Shown here in pieces: positions 41,801 through 53,504 of a stretch of 64,000 nucleotides of DNA (position 1 is its first letter; the number at the start of each line of letters is the position of its first letter). The notes under the pieces are model-generated. The model was not told the origin of the DNA. It saw only the letters and a program-made list of their open reading frames with translations, and searched no databases. A program made the position numbers and the translations under genes. Source of the stretch: Magallana gigas (lineage: Eukaryota); the NCBI RefSeq assembly GCF_963853765.1, contig NC_088854.1:50840001-50904000 (forward strand), given 5' to 3'.

Positions 41801-44800
41801 TTCGCTTTTGATAAGACGGAGGGATTCTGGCTAATTATGAGTATCCCCCACTTTCCTCCCGCCAAACATTCGGGGTTTTCCTACCCACACAGCGGGACGG
41901 TGTACGGACAGTCTATTTTCTGCATCAGTCTACCATATACATCCATTGAGGATGTCGGTAAAGTGCCCTCGAGTTTTTCTTTACTTTCCTTTCATTTAAA
42001 GTCAAATTACGCCTATCAAAGTATAAAATCATATGCAAAGAATACATTATAAAATATAACATTGTGGCTTTGTATTTTGCTGAAGCCATGTTTCAAAGAC
42101 ATTTCAAAAGCATTTTTGAAGTTTCTGTTATTTCCGTTACAGCTAAAATTATGACGTTCACCTATCCAAAGTTCTATGACTTTTACCTTCCTCCAACTTT
42201 CTCATCGGAAAATCCTATCATGACCGGCATTTTATCCAATCAACAGAAACACGTGACCTCGCCTCCATTTCAACTGGAAACCACCTTTCACTCAACAGAT
42301 GGCGTTGTTCTTCATAACTTTGCTAAATCAAATGATTTTCACAAAGGTAAATACTGTGGAATCATTAAAATTCGTGGGGGCCAATTTTTGTAGATTACTG
42401 AAATTTTACTGGTTCGCGGGGACGTAATTTCGTGTATTTTCTTACAAAAGGAAATATGACTTTATAACCCAAAGGAGAAGAGCGTACAATGCCTGTCGAA
42501 TCCCCCGCATCTAGAATATTTAAACGACTTACGCACATCTCATATAATAGAATTTTAGATTTGAAGGTGTGCACTAGTACATGTACAATATATGACTGCA
42601 TTACCTGACCATACAAACATATATTTATACTTTGCACTTTTCTCTATTGTTTCATTTCTGTTTTTAACATTACAAAGTGATCTCAAACAATCTCAGACTG
42701 GGCTAGCGCTGTTGTTTATTTGACATTATTTGATGAGCAAGAACTTTATAACATTTTTATTGCTATCTGACGGGTTTTAAATATTTTTCAAAGTAATTCT
42801 GTTATAAAAGAATTGGGGAAAAAAGGTGTTACCTAAAAGGAAGCAAAGCGCAGTAATTAAAAAGAAAACGTCCACTATGATTCGAACACCCTTTCAATCG
42901 CGAGGTAATCTCTAAAGTCCGCTGCCTATCACACTGAGCTACTTTGACACATAACAAATATTGTGAATAAATTTTATGGTTTGACAATTATAAATAAGTT
43001 TCAAGTTTTTGTGAAAACCACGAATTTTGACCAATAATGGGTCTAGACTCCACTTTAATAAATAAATAATAAAAAAGAATGAAAACTTATCCTTTTGATA
43101 AATGTACTTTTAGGACCCATTCATACCCAAAACTTGCAATCTATCACAGTAAATGGTCAAGATTTAGGCATAAAACGTCGTTTGGTTTAATTTGGAAACA
43201 TGTATCTCTTGTGATTAGCGATTGAAAGCACGTTATTTACAATCACCTTGAAATTTATAGTGTAAACAATGTATACAAGCCAAAAATAATTATTTTTGCA
43301 ACATTTGATTACGTTCTTTTTTGTTGAACCAAATGGGGGATATTTGACGCATTGTACGCCCCTGTTCTTTATTAATTCGTGGAGGATGATAATTTATGGT
43401 CTAGAGGTACCCACGAATTCCACGAAAATTGGGCCACCACAAAATCTAATGATTCCACAGTATTGTTGTAGGGAAAATTTTTGAAGCTACCTCTTTTTAT
43501 TGACGAGCAATTCTCAGATCTTCAGTCAGCAATTTTCGATTGCTAGGCACCTAATATTACTGGTTATTCAATATTGTAAATGTAGGAAATATACTATCAT
43601 AAATCAAATGTGTGTAAAAAAGTTTATACTTTATATAATTATCATAGACAAGTTATGAATCGTATTTATTTGTCATGAATTTTCAGATTTATATGATGCA
43701 TATTTGGCACCAATTTTACAAGAATCTCTGTTTGTCGAAACTTGGCAAAATGGACCCGATAGTGATACGTTACCGTCAAATTGTTCTATCAAGTTCCAGG
43801 TATTAGATATACATGTAGAGGAGTTACATGTTGCACTAAGTACTAACACTTTGCATGTATGGCTCTGACAGCATGGTTCTTGTAGATTCTTGTAGATTAC
43901 TAACTCTTGTCGAACTAATCTTTGTGTTGCATGATCGTAACGAAAACGAATTTAGTATAATTTAGTACATATAAATGATAAAAGATCACGAAAAGGAGAA
44001 GACGATGGTGTTATATTTACACGTATTAAGTTTCCGTCCGAACATCTGATGATTTCAGGATATCCCGTTATATTGATTTTGCAAACTGCGTCCCTTCGCA
44101 TGGTTACGGTTAAATGTCCTCTCTTGGTACTCCGACTGATCCTTATTGAATTCAACTTTACAGATCTGTACGATGCGTGGATCAACGAGAGAATTAACCA
44201 CGACTTATTCGTAGAAACTTGGCAAAACGGCCGAGGTACTCTGGAATCTAATTGCACAGAGCATTATAAGGTACCCGTTCTCTGTAGTGCAAAACAGCAG
44301 AAATATTCCGTAGGTATTCCGTAAATCCAAGTAAGGCAAATACTTGTGAATTTGTTTTGTTAACAAACTAATGGCTATGATTGCGGTAGTACCAGTGTAA
44401 GTATTTTGCATTATTGGTCGCGTGCGTAATTTACGTTTGAAAAGTCAGAGAGAAATAGTATATACCGCGAATGATTGTCAGATATAAGCTCTTTTTTTCA
44501 ATTTCCTACTGCTTCAAGCCGCATTTTCTTTGCTTGCATGTCATCACTGTAAATTTATATTCGTATGTATACTCTTATTTTAATGGTAGTCTTTACAATA
44601 GTTTTCAAGTTTTGATTTTAGAATGGTTTGTTTTCTACCAATTATTTACATGTATTAGCTGATTGGCTTAGTTTAATTTTCTAAAACGCTGATCATGAGT
44701 TCGAATCTAACATGGCTTTTACTACCTGAATTTTTACATGCTACACTTGTATAAAAAATCATGTTTTAGTCGAACTAGAATTTGCTGACTTACATGTAGA

Positions 44801-45048
44801 TAAAACTCTGGGATTTGCTGATTTACACGTAGATAAAACTCTGATACGATAAAGATTTATAGACATTTGAAAGAACATTACAGGTTCTATGCATGTCTAA
44901 CTAATTCGTTTGAATTTTTGACCGTTAGGTATACAACATACAAATGATCCGATTCCCTAACGGAGACTTCAAAGAGACCAAGGATCATTCCAAGTGGGCG
45001 GTGTCTAGAACAGGATCATGGATTTGTATTGGGGACATTAATAGACAG
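38863..45048 (+). CDS. DNASE2: Deoxyribonuclease II paralog A (last exon not seen; probably in or beyond the gap)
   Basis: Exons 38863-38957, 40798-40972, 41213-41294 (GHTKG), 41796-41957, 42143-42346, 43687-43799 or 44164-44270, and 44929-45048 (DHSKW..WICIGDINRQ). All GT-AG, phases consistent, no stops. Confidence 0.88.
42879..42942 (-). mobile_element. tRNA-derived SINE head (intronic)
   Basis: Minus strand reads GTAGCTCAGTGTG (A-box) ... GTGTTCGAATC (B-box). No convincing cloverleaf. Confidence 0.5.
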
Positions 45049-45910
45049 GTAATTATAGACAGGAAAAATATAGACACTAGACTGTAGACAAAGGAGACAT
45101 TGATAGTCAGGTAATTGTACACTACAGACAATAGAGACATTAATAAACAGGTTACTATATACTGTAGATCAAAAAGAGACATTAATAGACAGGTAGTTAT
45201 AGACAATATAACAAATTAAGGGGACATAATTAAATAGGTAAATATGGACAATAAAACAAGAGGGGACATTAATAGACAGGTAAATATGGTGAACAACACA
45301 AAAGGGGACATTGATAGACAGGTAAATATGGACAATAAAACAAGAGGGGACATTGATAGACAGGTTAATATGGACAATAAGGCAAAAGGGGACATTAATA
45401 GACAGGTAAATATGGTCAACAACACAAAATGGGACATTGATAGACAGGTAAATATGGACAATAACAAAAAAGGGGTCATTGATAGACAGGTAAATATGGA
45501 CAATAACACAAAAGGGGACATTAATAGACAGGTAAATATGGACAATAGCGCAAAAGGGGACATTAATAGACAGGTAAATATGGTCAACAACACAAAAGGG
45601 GACATTGATAGACAGGTAAATATGGTCTCCAACACAAAAGGGGACATTAATAGACAGGTAAATATGGTCTACAACACAAAAGGGGACATTGATAGACAGG
45701 TAAATATGGTCAACAACACAAAAGGGGACATTGATAGACAGGTAAAATGGACAATAACACAAAAGGGGACATTGATAGACAGGTAAAATGGACAATAACA
45801 CAAAAGGGGACATTGATAGACAGGTAAAATGGACAATAACACAAAAGGGGACATTGATAGACAGGTAAAATGGACAATAACACAAAAGGGGACATTAATA
45901 GACAGGTAAT
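45031..45910 (+). repeat. 41-42-bp minisatellite derived from the DNase II exon 7 end and splice donor
   Basis: Unit AAAAGGGGACATT(G/A)ATAGACAGGTAAATATGGACAATAACAC, about 20 copies. The core equals the exon end GGGGACATTAATAGACAG|GT. Confidence 0.92.
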
Positions 45911-46724
45911 CATAGACAGGAAAAATATGGGACACTCATGGATTTGTTTGAGATTATTAATAGACTGATAAGACTAAGTATAGACTTCAGACAAAGGAGA
46001 GTACTTATATGTAGGTGACATTGATACGGGTAGTTATAGACAGCAAAACAAAAGCGACATTTATAAGCAATTATAAACTATATTACAAAAGGGGACATTA
46101 TTAGACAGACTATTGTAGACGGGAAAAATATGGCACATTAACAAACAGATAGTTATAGACACGAAAAATAGGAGACATAAACAAAAGTATTCAAAGACAA
46201 CAACAACAGAGAACGTTGTTAGTTAGGAAATTATATTTAGAACAAACAGAAAAGGAAGAGTTTTATTATAGACAAGAAAAATAGGGGACTGGTAATTATA
46301 GATTGTCTTCAATTGTTAGACAATATTTTTAGACAGCAAAAATAGAGAAGAATTAGCCGTATGAAGCTGTTCTGCATAAATAGCTTAACGTTATTGGCAA
46401 TATTACAAACATGATTTCGTGTCATTTGAAAATATTCAAGTCCCACGTCATTCGACACTTTAAAATAGTGTAAATTTTAAATCTATGTTTTCATTTTTGA
46501 ACCAACAGTTATCGTTCTTAGCCTAGCGCCATTATTCTGGTATTTTATAAATGATATAATGCTCTCCTAATCTTTCTCAATAGTTCCTAGAGATTTAACC
46601 CTAGTATATACTTTACCGATAAATTTCATTAGTAGACGTTCGTAGTTTTTCCGTAGTGTATTCACAAATAAGATTGTGAAAAGCCTGCCAATTAATTTAC
46701 TATTTTAATTGGCCTAATTCTATA

Positions 46725-46924
46725 NNNNNNNNNNNNNNNNNNNNNNNNNNNNNNNNNNNNNNNNNNNNNNNNNNNNNNNNNNNNNNNNNNNNNNNNNNNN
46801 NNNNNNNNNNNNNNNNNNNNNNNNNNNNNNNNNNNNNNNNNNNNNNNNNNNNNNNNNNNNNNNNNNNNNNNNNNNNNNNNNNNNNNNNNNNNNNNNNNNN
46901 NNNNNNNNNNNNNNNNNNNNNNNN
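46725..46924. other. Assembly gap
   Basis: Run of N. Confidence 1.
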
Positions 46925-46989
46925 ATGCTGTTGTTGCCAAACAGTTTAGAAAAATAGTTAAAGAAAAAGAGGAATGTCCATCATCATGA
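46925..46989 (+). CDS. DNASE2: 3' part of a DNase II terminal exon, truncated by the gap
   Basis: Reads (H)AVVAKQFRKIVKEKEECPSS*, closely matching paralog C exon 8 (HAVVAKQFRKIVHKKEECPR*). Confidence 0.8.
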
Positions 46990-47503
46990 TGATGATGATG
47001 ATATGTGTACTAACAATGTGTACAAATCATTGTGTATTAAAAAAGATATTTTAATTGAAAGTTTTTGTACAATTTGCTAGGTTTTATTTTTATGGTGAAG
47101 ACCTCATGAGTTGTTCAAAATTGTGTATAATCATTTGTATATTATACCTTATATGCAAAAAAAAAGTTTTTGTAAAATGAATTACAAAACTGCGTGATTT
47201 TGGTTATTGAATGTTTTATTGGAATCATATATCAATGCATTTAATCTTGTTCAACATATACATATATACACAATCACAGATATGTGTGTTAATAAATCTG
47301 AAGCCTAGCTTTATATATCGATAGAAATTGAAATTAAAATATAGCAACAGTTCTGAAAAGAATTGCACCGTTATTTCATTTCAACCAACATTGCCATGAA
47401 GCAACAAGGAAATGGTCACCAATTTGCTTAGAGTATCTGATTAACAGAGATGGCATGAAATGAAAAATCACAGAATCCTTCATTCTCCTACAGCCCAGCT
47501 GTG

Positions 47504-48660
47504 CTAGCTGAGCCAGTCTAAATCATCTTCATCATCATCTGGAAACAGAGGGGGTTTCTTGGTGTCCTACAACAACAGAAAAAATACCACTTGTCATTCG
47601 TGTGACCGTGAAGATTTCTGCTTTTTAAGAACGGGAAACTTAATAAAATTTCATCCTATTGTGGTTTAATACAAAATCAAATAAACTTTAACTTTTTCAT
47701 TTTTTTTTATCTTTCTCAGTTTCTGATATAAGCAAAATGTATATAGGCCTAACTTGTATAGAAAGGTGTTTTGCATATTAATTAAGTATTCATTCTTTAA
47801 AATGCATGCAACATTTAACATTTTGTTCATTGTTAATAAAATTTTGATTTAAAAGTCAAAATGTCTTCTTTGACGTAATTCAGTTTAATGCTACATTCTC
47901 CATTAAGTCTTTGAATTCTGGTTTCTTCTTTTTGTCCTCTTTCTGGTCTTTTGGCTGCGTCGTTTGGAAAGTATCACCAAATGTGTCCGCTACATTGTCA
48001 TCCTCCCCAAATTAAGGACTTCAACAAAAAAGGAGTCATTTTAAATTAGTTATTTATATATCACTTATATTATCGAAATTCCTGGAACATTTATATTAAT
48101 ATTCTGTTGTTAAGTTGATCAGAAAAATCAAATGTTCATTAAGTATTAAAGATATTGGTGAACATATCTTATTTTCAGCACAATCTACTACTTTACATTT
48201 ACTCAAAACTGAATTTGACAAAAGCCTTTATAACGATGCAAACAAACATGAATGAGTCTTCTGGAACCATATACCCTAATGCCCTAACATTCCAAAACAC
48301 TCGGGAATGTGCTGGTTACTATCTGACGATTAATGTTAAAATAGTGTAATGAATAACTGAAGATCACTGTTTTAACTTCTGATAACTCATTATTTTGTTC
48401 CGTCTTTTCACTCTATGTAAAATTCTCCTTATTTGATATTGGTTGGGGTTCTCTTGAAACCCCCATCAGAGGTCACAGTTCGAACGACTCACACCATTAT
48501 GGATTGACTTGTTTTACTTTCCATTCTCCTTGTCGGTCTCCTCCTTACCCCCATCAGAGGTCACAGTTCGAACGACTCACACCATTATGGATAAACTTGT
48601 TTTACTTTCCATCCTCCTTGTCGGCCTCCTTCTTACCCCCATCAGAGGTCACAGTTCGAA
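47504..48660 (-). pseudogene. FKBP15: Duplicated, disabled 3' fragment of FKBP15
   Basis: Exon copies 47566-47504 (DTKKPPLFPDDDEDDLDWLS*), 48018-47895 (CCT TAA where the source has CCT TTG) and a partial 48387-48660, homologous to 59078-59007, 60025-59902 and 60408-60595. Confidence 0.85.
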
Positions 48661-48680
48661 CGACTCACACCATTATGGAT
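48461..48680. repeat. 88-bp tandem repeat, about 2.5 copies
   Basis: CCCCATCAGAGGTCACAGTTCGAACG starts at 48461, 48549 and 48637. Confidence 0.9.
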
Positions 48681-48728
48681 AATAAATATCCAGTCGTGTA
48701 GATACTCTTTGAATGGTCTCATTAGTTT

Positions 48729-48729
<1 letters not shown>

Positions 48730-48781
<52 letters not shown>
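48730..48781. repeat. (CT)n microsatellite
   Basis: Read directly. Confidence 0.98.
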
Positions 48782-48782
<1 letters not shown>

Positions 48783-49548
48783 AACTACATGTAACCGAGC
48801 AGTAAGGAATTCCAAATGACAGCTGTTTTGTTTAACAGATTTATTAAACGTTTTAAAGCATTGACCTATAAACAAAGAAAAATACATTAGACAAAATACA
48901 ATTTTACATGTACATTCAATATGTTTTAGTCTCGATACTTCAGTATTCATTTATAAGGTAAAACATGTTTTGTAACAATTTAATATTAGAACTTACAAAC
49001 AAGTTTCAGAAATTACAATGGCAAGATAAACTGCAAAAATACGATAAAGTATAAACCTTGCAATTAAAATACTAGTAATATGCCCTAATCACTATCATGT
49101 TAGTAAAGAAATATATAACTAAATATAATATTAACCTACCACAAGATGCAGCTGATATACACTGGATTGTCCGACGTCGTTGAAAATGAAATACTGCCCA
49201 ATTTTACTTAGTTTAAACGGTTACTTATACTAATAGAGAATCATATTTATTGGATAATAATATGAACCAACGAAATAGAAGAACCATACGCGCGCAATAA
49301 AACTTTAGATGAATAATGTTTAAGAATATACTACACAAAACATTGATAAGTGGACAGCTGTACCTTGATTGATAAATATTGCACATGAGTTACGTACCAG
49401 ACTTCTTCCTTATGACACGAGATTTCCGCGAAGTCACAAGTCGCTCTTTACGGATATATTTGAAAATGTGAGAGTAAGGTCCCAATCAGCAAACGAAGGT
49501 GTTCATCGTGTCTTGTTCTCCAATCTGTTAATTCTTTTTGGAGACGCA

Positions 49549-49924
49549 ATGAGTCCAGGCATGATTACGTTTACAGGTGTTTTGCTGGCTGTGGGTGTGG
49601 AATTCTGTTACTGTTTTAACTGTATATCCCCGTTGGGAGATTCTGTCGATTGGTATGGCTTCTTCTTTCCTTTATAGTCCTTACGCAAGGCATTCACAAG
49701 AAGTATGGTATACTATTACATTGTATTGAATGTGAAGATTTTTTGTCAAGGTTTATGATGTACAAAGTTCCAAAGGCCACCCGACCAATGCCAAAAAAGA
49801 CAACAGGAAAAGAATTCTACTACTTAGATGCCAACAATCCGACGTGGTCTTTTTTGAATGTCGACATTCAGGAACCTGACAAGAACCCTCTATACTACAC
49901 ATTGCAGCAAATCTACCAGAAAGC

Positions 49925-49974
<50 letters not shown>

Positions 49975-51780
49975 AATGATTGGAAGGCTATTTCAGATGC
50001 AAGTTCTTACATTACATTACATTAAATGTAATGATTATATTATGATTACATTATATTTGTCAGAACCCCGAGAAGTATGGCATGTACAACGATCAACCAC
50101 CGTCACACTCTGTCCCGCAGACAAGTTTCACTACAAACCAGGCTACTGGAGCTCACATGAAAGGTCTGTCCTGTTGTAAATTTCTAATTTGCCGGGTGGA
50201 AGTAACTTCCCACAATTGTTTATTTAAAAATAGAATTGGATGTTATGACTATCGTATAGTCATAACACCAAATCTTATTTTGAAATAAACATTTATTTTA
50301 AAAATAAAATATGGTATGAATGCCTTGCGAAGGGAATATAAAGAAAAGAATAAAATTCGGTTAATTTAAAATTAAAACTATGACATTTCCTAAAACTGTT
50401 ATTTTTTCAGAAACGCTTTGTGTTTTACTATTAGAAATTGATTTGATGCTAAAAATTTACTTTACAATAAATATTTCAGGTGCATATGCTTTCGATAAAG
50501 ATTCCGGATTTTGGTTAATCCTGAGTGTACCGTTTTTCCCGGCACCACAGAAACAAAACTATAGTTATGGGCCTTCTCAGTTAGTTAAGGGCCAGACCGT
50601 TCTGTGTATAACGCTTGACTTGAATTTTATGGAGGAAATCGGTAATTTTATGATAGATGTTTATATCACCCGTTTTAATGAACAGGAACGCGTCAAGCTA
50701 TTTAAGTTAGAAATGGAACGCTAATCGAAAGACTTTTCTTTTATTCCAGAGAAAATATTTGACATAACGGAACCAACGTTTTATGATGGCAATAAGCCTT
50801 TCTTACGAAATTTGTCTAGTGTTATCCATACCAGAAGTTCCACCAAAATTGTGGTGGACTTCAAATCGAAAGGTGGTCAGACATTCCGTGAGTACGCCAA
50901 ATCAGCGTCATTTGGGGCAGGTAAATACTTGTAGTTAACTATGGAGAGAACTTATACACACACAGTTTCTACTGTCCAACCCATTTACGTTTTTCAAAGT
51001 AAGATATTGTTTGAATTATCATATTCTAATATTTTGAATAAGTTCATAAAACGCAACTGGTTTAATTTCAAAAAGACCTTTACGACTCTTTGGTGGCTCC
51101 AGATCTGAAGGACAATCTACTTGTTGAAACTTGGTCCCCGAATTTAGGATCCAACTGTTCAACATACAAGGTAGATATTTTTAATGCCGCCAAATGCCTT
51201 CTAGAAGTGGCTTTGGATTTAGAGGACAAGATATATAAGATTTAGAGGACAATCTTATATATCATGATTTCTGAGCGTCGATAATCAAAAATTTTCCAAA
51301 TAACACTTCTTATTACAGGTATATGAAGTCAAGAAAGTGGAATTTAAGGACAAATACTGGTTCAAATCCACGATAGACCACTCCAAGTGGGCAGTTACAG
51401 AGAAGAAAGATTGGGCTTGTATCGGCGATTTAAACAGAGCGGTAGGTAGTACTTTTCGTACATACAGGTTTGTAAGTCAGTTATCTCTTTTTTATTCATA
51501 GTGAACATGGGAGGGAGTGATATCGTTTTCCATATTCAATTATAAACGAATGTTGTCCCTCTCCAATGCGTACACCTTTTATAGAGCGACGAGAAATTAT
51601 ATCAATGAGCAGTTAGTTTTTTCACGAATATGAATACTAGTATTTCCATGTTTATTTCAGAAGTCCCATTTTAGACGAGGCGGGGGAACGATGTGCTTAC
51701 GCCATGCAGGAGTGGCCAAACAGTTTAGAAATCTAGTGAAAGAAAAACAGGAATGCTCAAAAAGAAGAAATGTTTATTAA
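49549..51780 (+). CDS. DNASE2: Deoxyribonuclease II paralog B, 348 aa, 8 exons
   Basis: Exons 49549-49652, 49751-49922 (GC donor), 50064-50163 (AHMKG), 50480-50641, 50750-50920, 51076-51170, 51319-51441 (DHSKW, CIGDLNR) and 51661-51780 (RGGGTMC). 1047 nt, open frame, signal peptide. Confidence 0.92.
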
Positions 51781-52043
51781 CCGTGTGTGCAACGCTCAAT
51801 GTGTCTCGCGGCAACCTTCATCCAATAATCATTTTTGTTATATACATGTACTTCAAAAACATACTGAAATCCCGGTGAGTTAAGAATTAGCAAAATGTTA
51901 TTTTTGCCCATGAATTGTAAACCTGAGCGACTACGAAAAATAGAAATTGATATAGATATAGCTTCATGTGAGTCGCAGTAAATATGTTTATAGAAATGAA
52001 ACTAAAAATAAAAGACTAAACTGTTTTTTTGTGAATACAAAAA

Positions 52044-52640
52044 ACAAGATGCCTAGAACCACATCGCTCACCTGCGAAACAATAATCGTAACTGATTAGC
52101 TTTAGACCACCTAGAGTATCAAATAGAAAATATCTAGACAAGTTAATATAGAATATATCTTGCTTACATTGATTTTTATATTTTTCCCCAGATATTATTA
52201 TTGTAAATATCGAGTTGTATGGTTGTTTCAGTTTTTTAGAATAAAAGTTTTAAAGATTTCTCTCTATTCGTTTTTATGTAAAAATTCACCCACCTTATCC
52301 ACGATTGTGGGCAACCCTACCCCAAGGGATTGTAATTTAAACAAAAATATTTCTTTACTACATGTGGATGCTTCTACACAAGTTTCAGCTATTCTGGTCT
52401 AGTGATTTTTAAGAAGAAGATTTTTTTTTTAATTCCAACAGTTTTTTGATAGTTTTAAATTACCTCCCATTGAAAGAGGTTGTGGCCCTTCATATAAAAA
52501 AATTAAATATTTAAATTCTCTTTATTCAAGGATACTCTGCGTAAGTTTGATCGAAATTGGCCCAATGATTTTGGAGTAGAAGATGAAAATATGAAAAGTT
52601 TACCATTACATCGACGAAAACGACAACGACAGACAATGGA
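52044..52640 (-). mobile_element. Helentron/HINE-like element fragment
   Basis: AACAAGATGCCTAGAACCACATCGCTCACCTG resembles the reverse complement of 17348-17380. GAAAATATGAAAAGTTTAC and a GACAAC/GACAG tract match the reverse complement of the 15240-15300 head. Confidence 0.65.
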
Positions 52641-52824
52641 TTATTGGAAAACATATCCTTTTTAAAGAAATTAATGAATGAAACTTCTGAGACAATAGTC
52701 TTGGCTCCTTCAAGGACTTTTTTCTTGCATTCTCACACTGATGATATATTGTATGCATATGATATAAACATTCAATATATATTGAATATAAAAAGAAGAC
52801 ATTTTGAATATTCAATAACTTCCA

Positions 52825-52952
52825 NNNNNNNNNNNNNNNNNNNNNNNNNNNNNNNNNNNNNNNNNNNNNNNNNNNNNNNNNNNNNNNNNNNNNNNNNNNN
52901 NNNNNNNNNNNNNNNNNNNNNNNNNNNNNNNNNNNNNNNNNNNNNNNNNNNN
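52825..52952. other. Assembly gap
   Basis: Run of N. Confidence 1.
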
Positions 52953-53413
52953 TGAACATCAATCAACTTATTATTTTGTTAAAACGATTTTATGCAGGTA
53001 CAGGAACATCGACTGAATACTTTGTCAATGATTTTATTCTTAATTCTTGCTGAGTTGTCAAGAACCTTCAAAAGAATTTACTTTTCTCGCATTATCACCG
53101 GTGTGAGATCGGTTTGTCCGGTGTGAGACAGCAGTGTGAGATTTTTCTGTCTTACACTGTGTATTACTACGCCGTTTTAAAACATAAACAAACGTTGTCT
53201 GCTGTAGGGAAATGCAAAATGGTGCATTGAGATTATCCATTAAGTAATTGTGTTGCTTAATTAATTACAATTTATCATATTATTAATTAAAAAACTGTCG
53301 TATGCTCTCATTTTGACTTGCACTATTTAAAGCACGCGGAGGAATAAACTTAAAGTAATCTTTTGAACGTCATAACAGAAAGTTGTCAAACATCATTTTT
53401 TAAGGTAATATAA

Positions 53414-53504
53414 TGAAATTCCACCTCGGGGCCAAGATTCACGGTCTAGGACTCGACAAAGCCTCGTCCTAGACCGTGAATCTTGTCCCCTCGGTGGAAT
53501 TTCA
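53414..53504. repeat. 91-bp hairpin (39-bp arms, 13-nt loop)
   Basis: TGAAATTCCACCTCGGGGCCAAGATTCACGGTCTAGGAC pairs with GTCCTAGACCGTGAATCTTGTCCCCTCGGTGGAATTTCA (36/39). Confidence 0.85.

Noticed and set aside
42879-42942. tRNA gene call for A/B-box sequences (also 59292-59375, ~44660-44710, ~56620-56680)
   Set aside because: No complete cloverleaf or acceptor stem seen; treated as SINE heads or remnants.
45169-45935. Hydrophobic repeat ORFs on the minus strand and the 180-aa plus-strand ORF as standalone genes
   Set aside because: By-products of a 42-bp minisatellite; the frame breaks where units become 41 bp.
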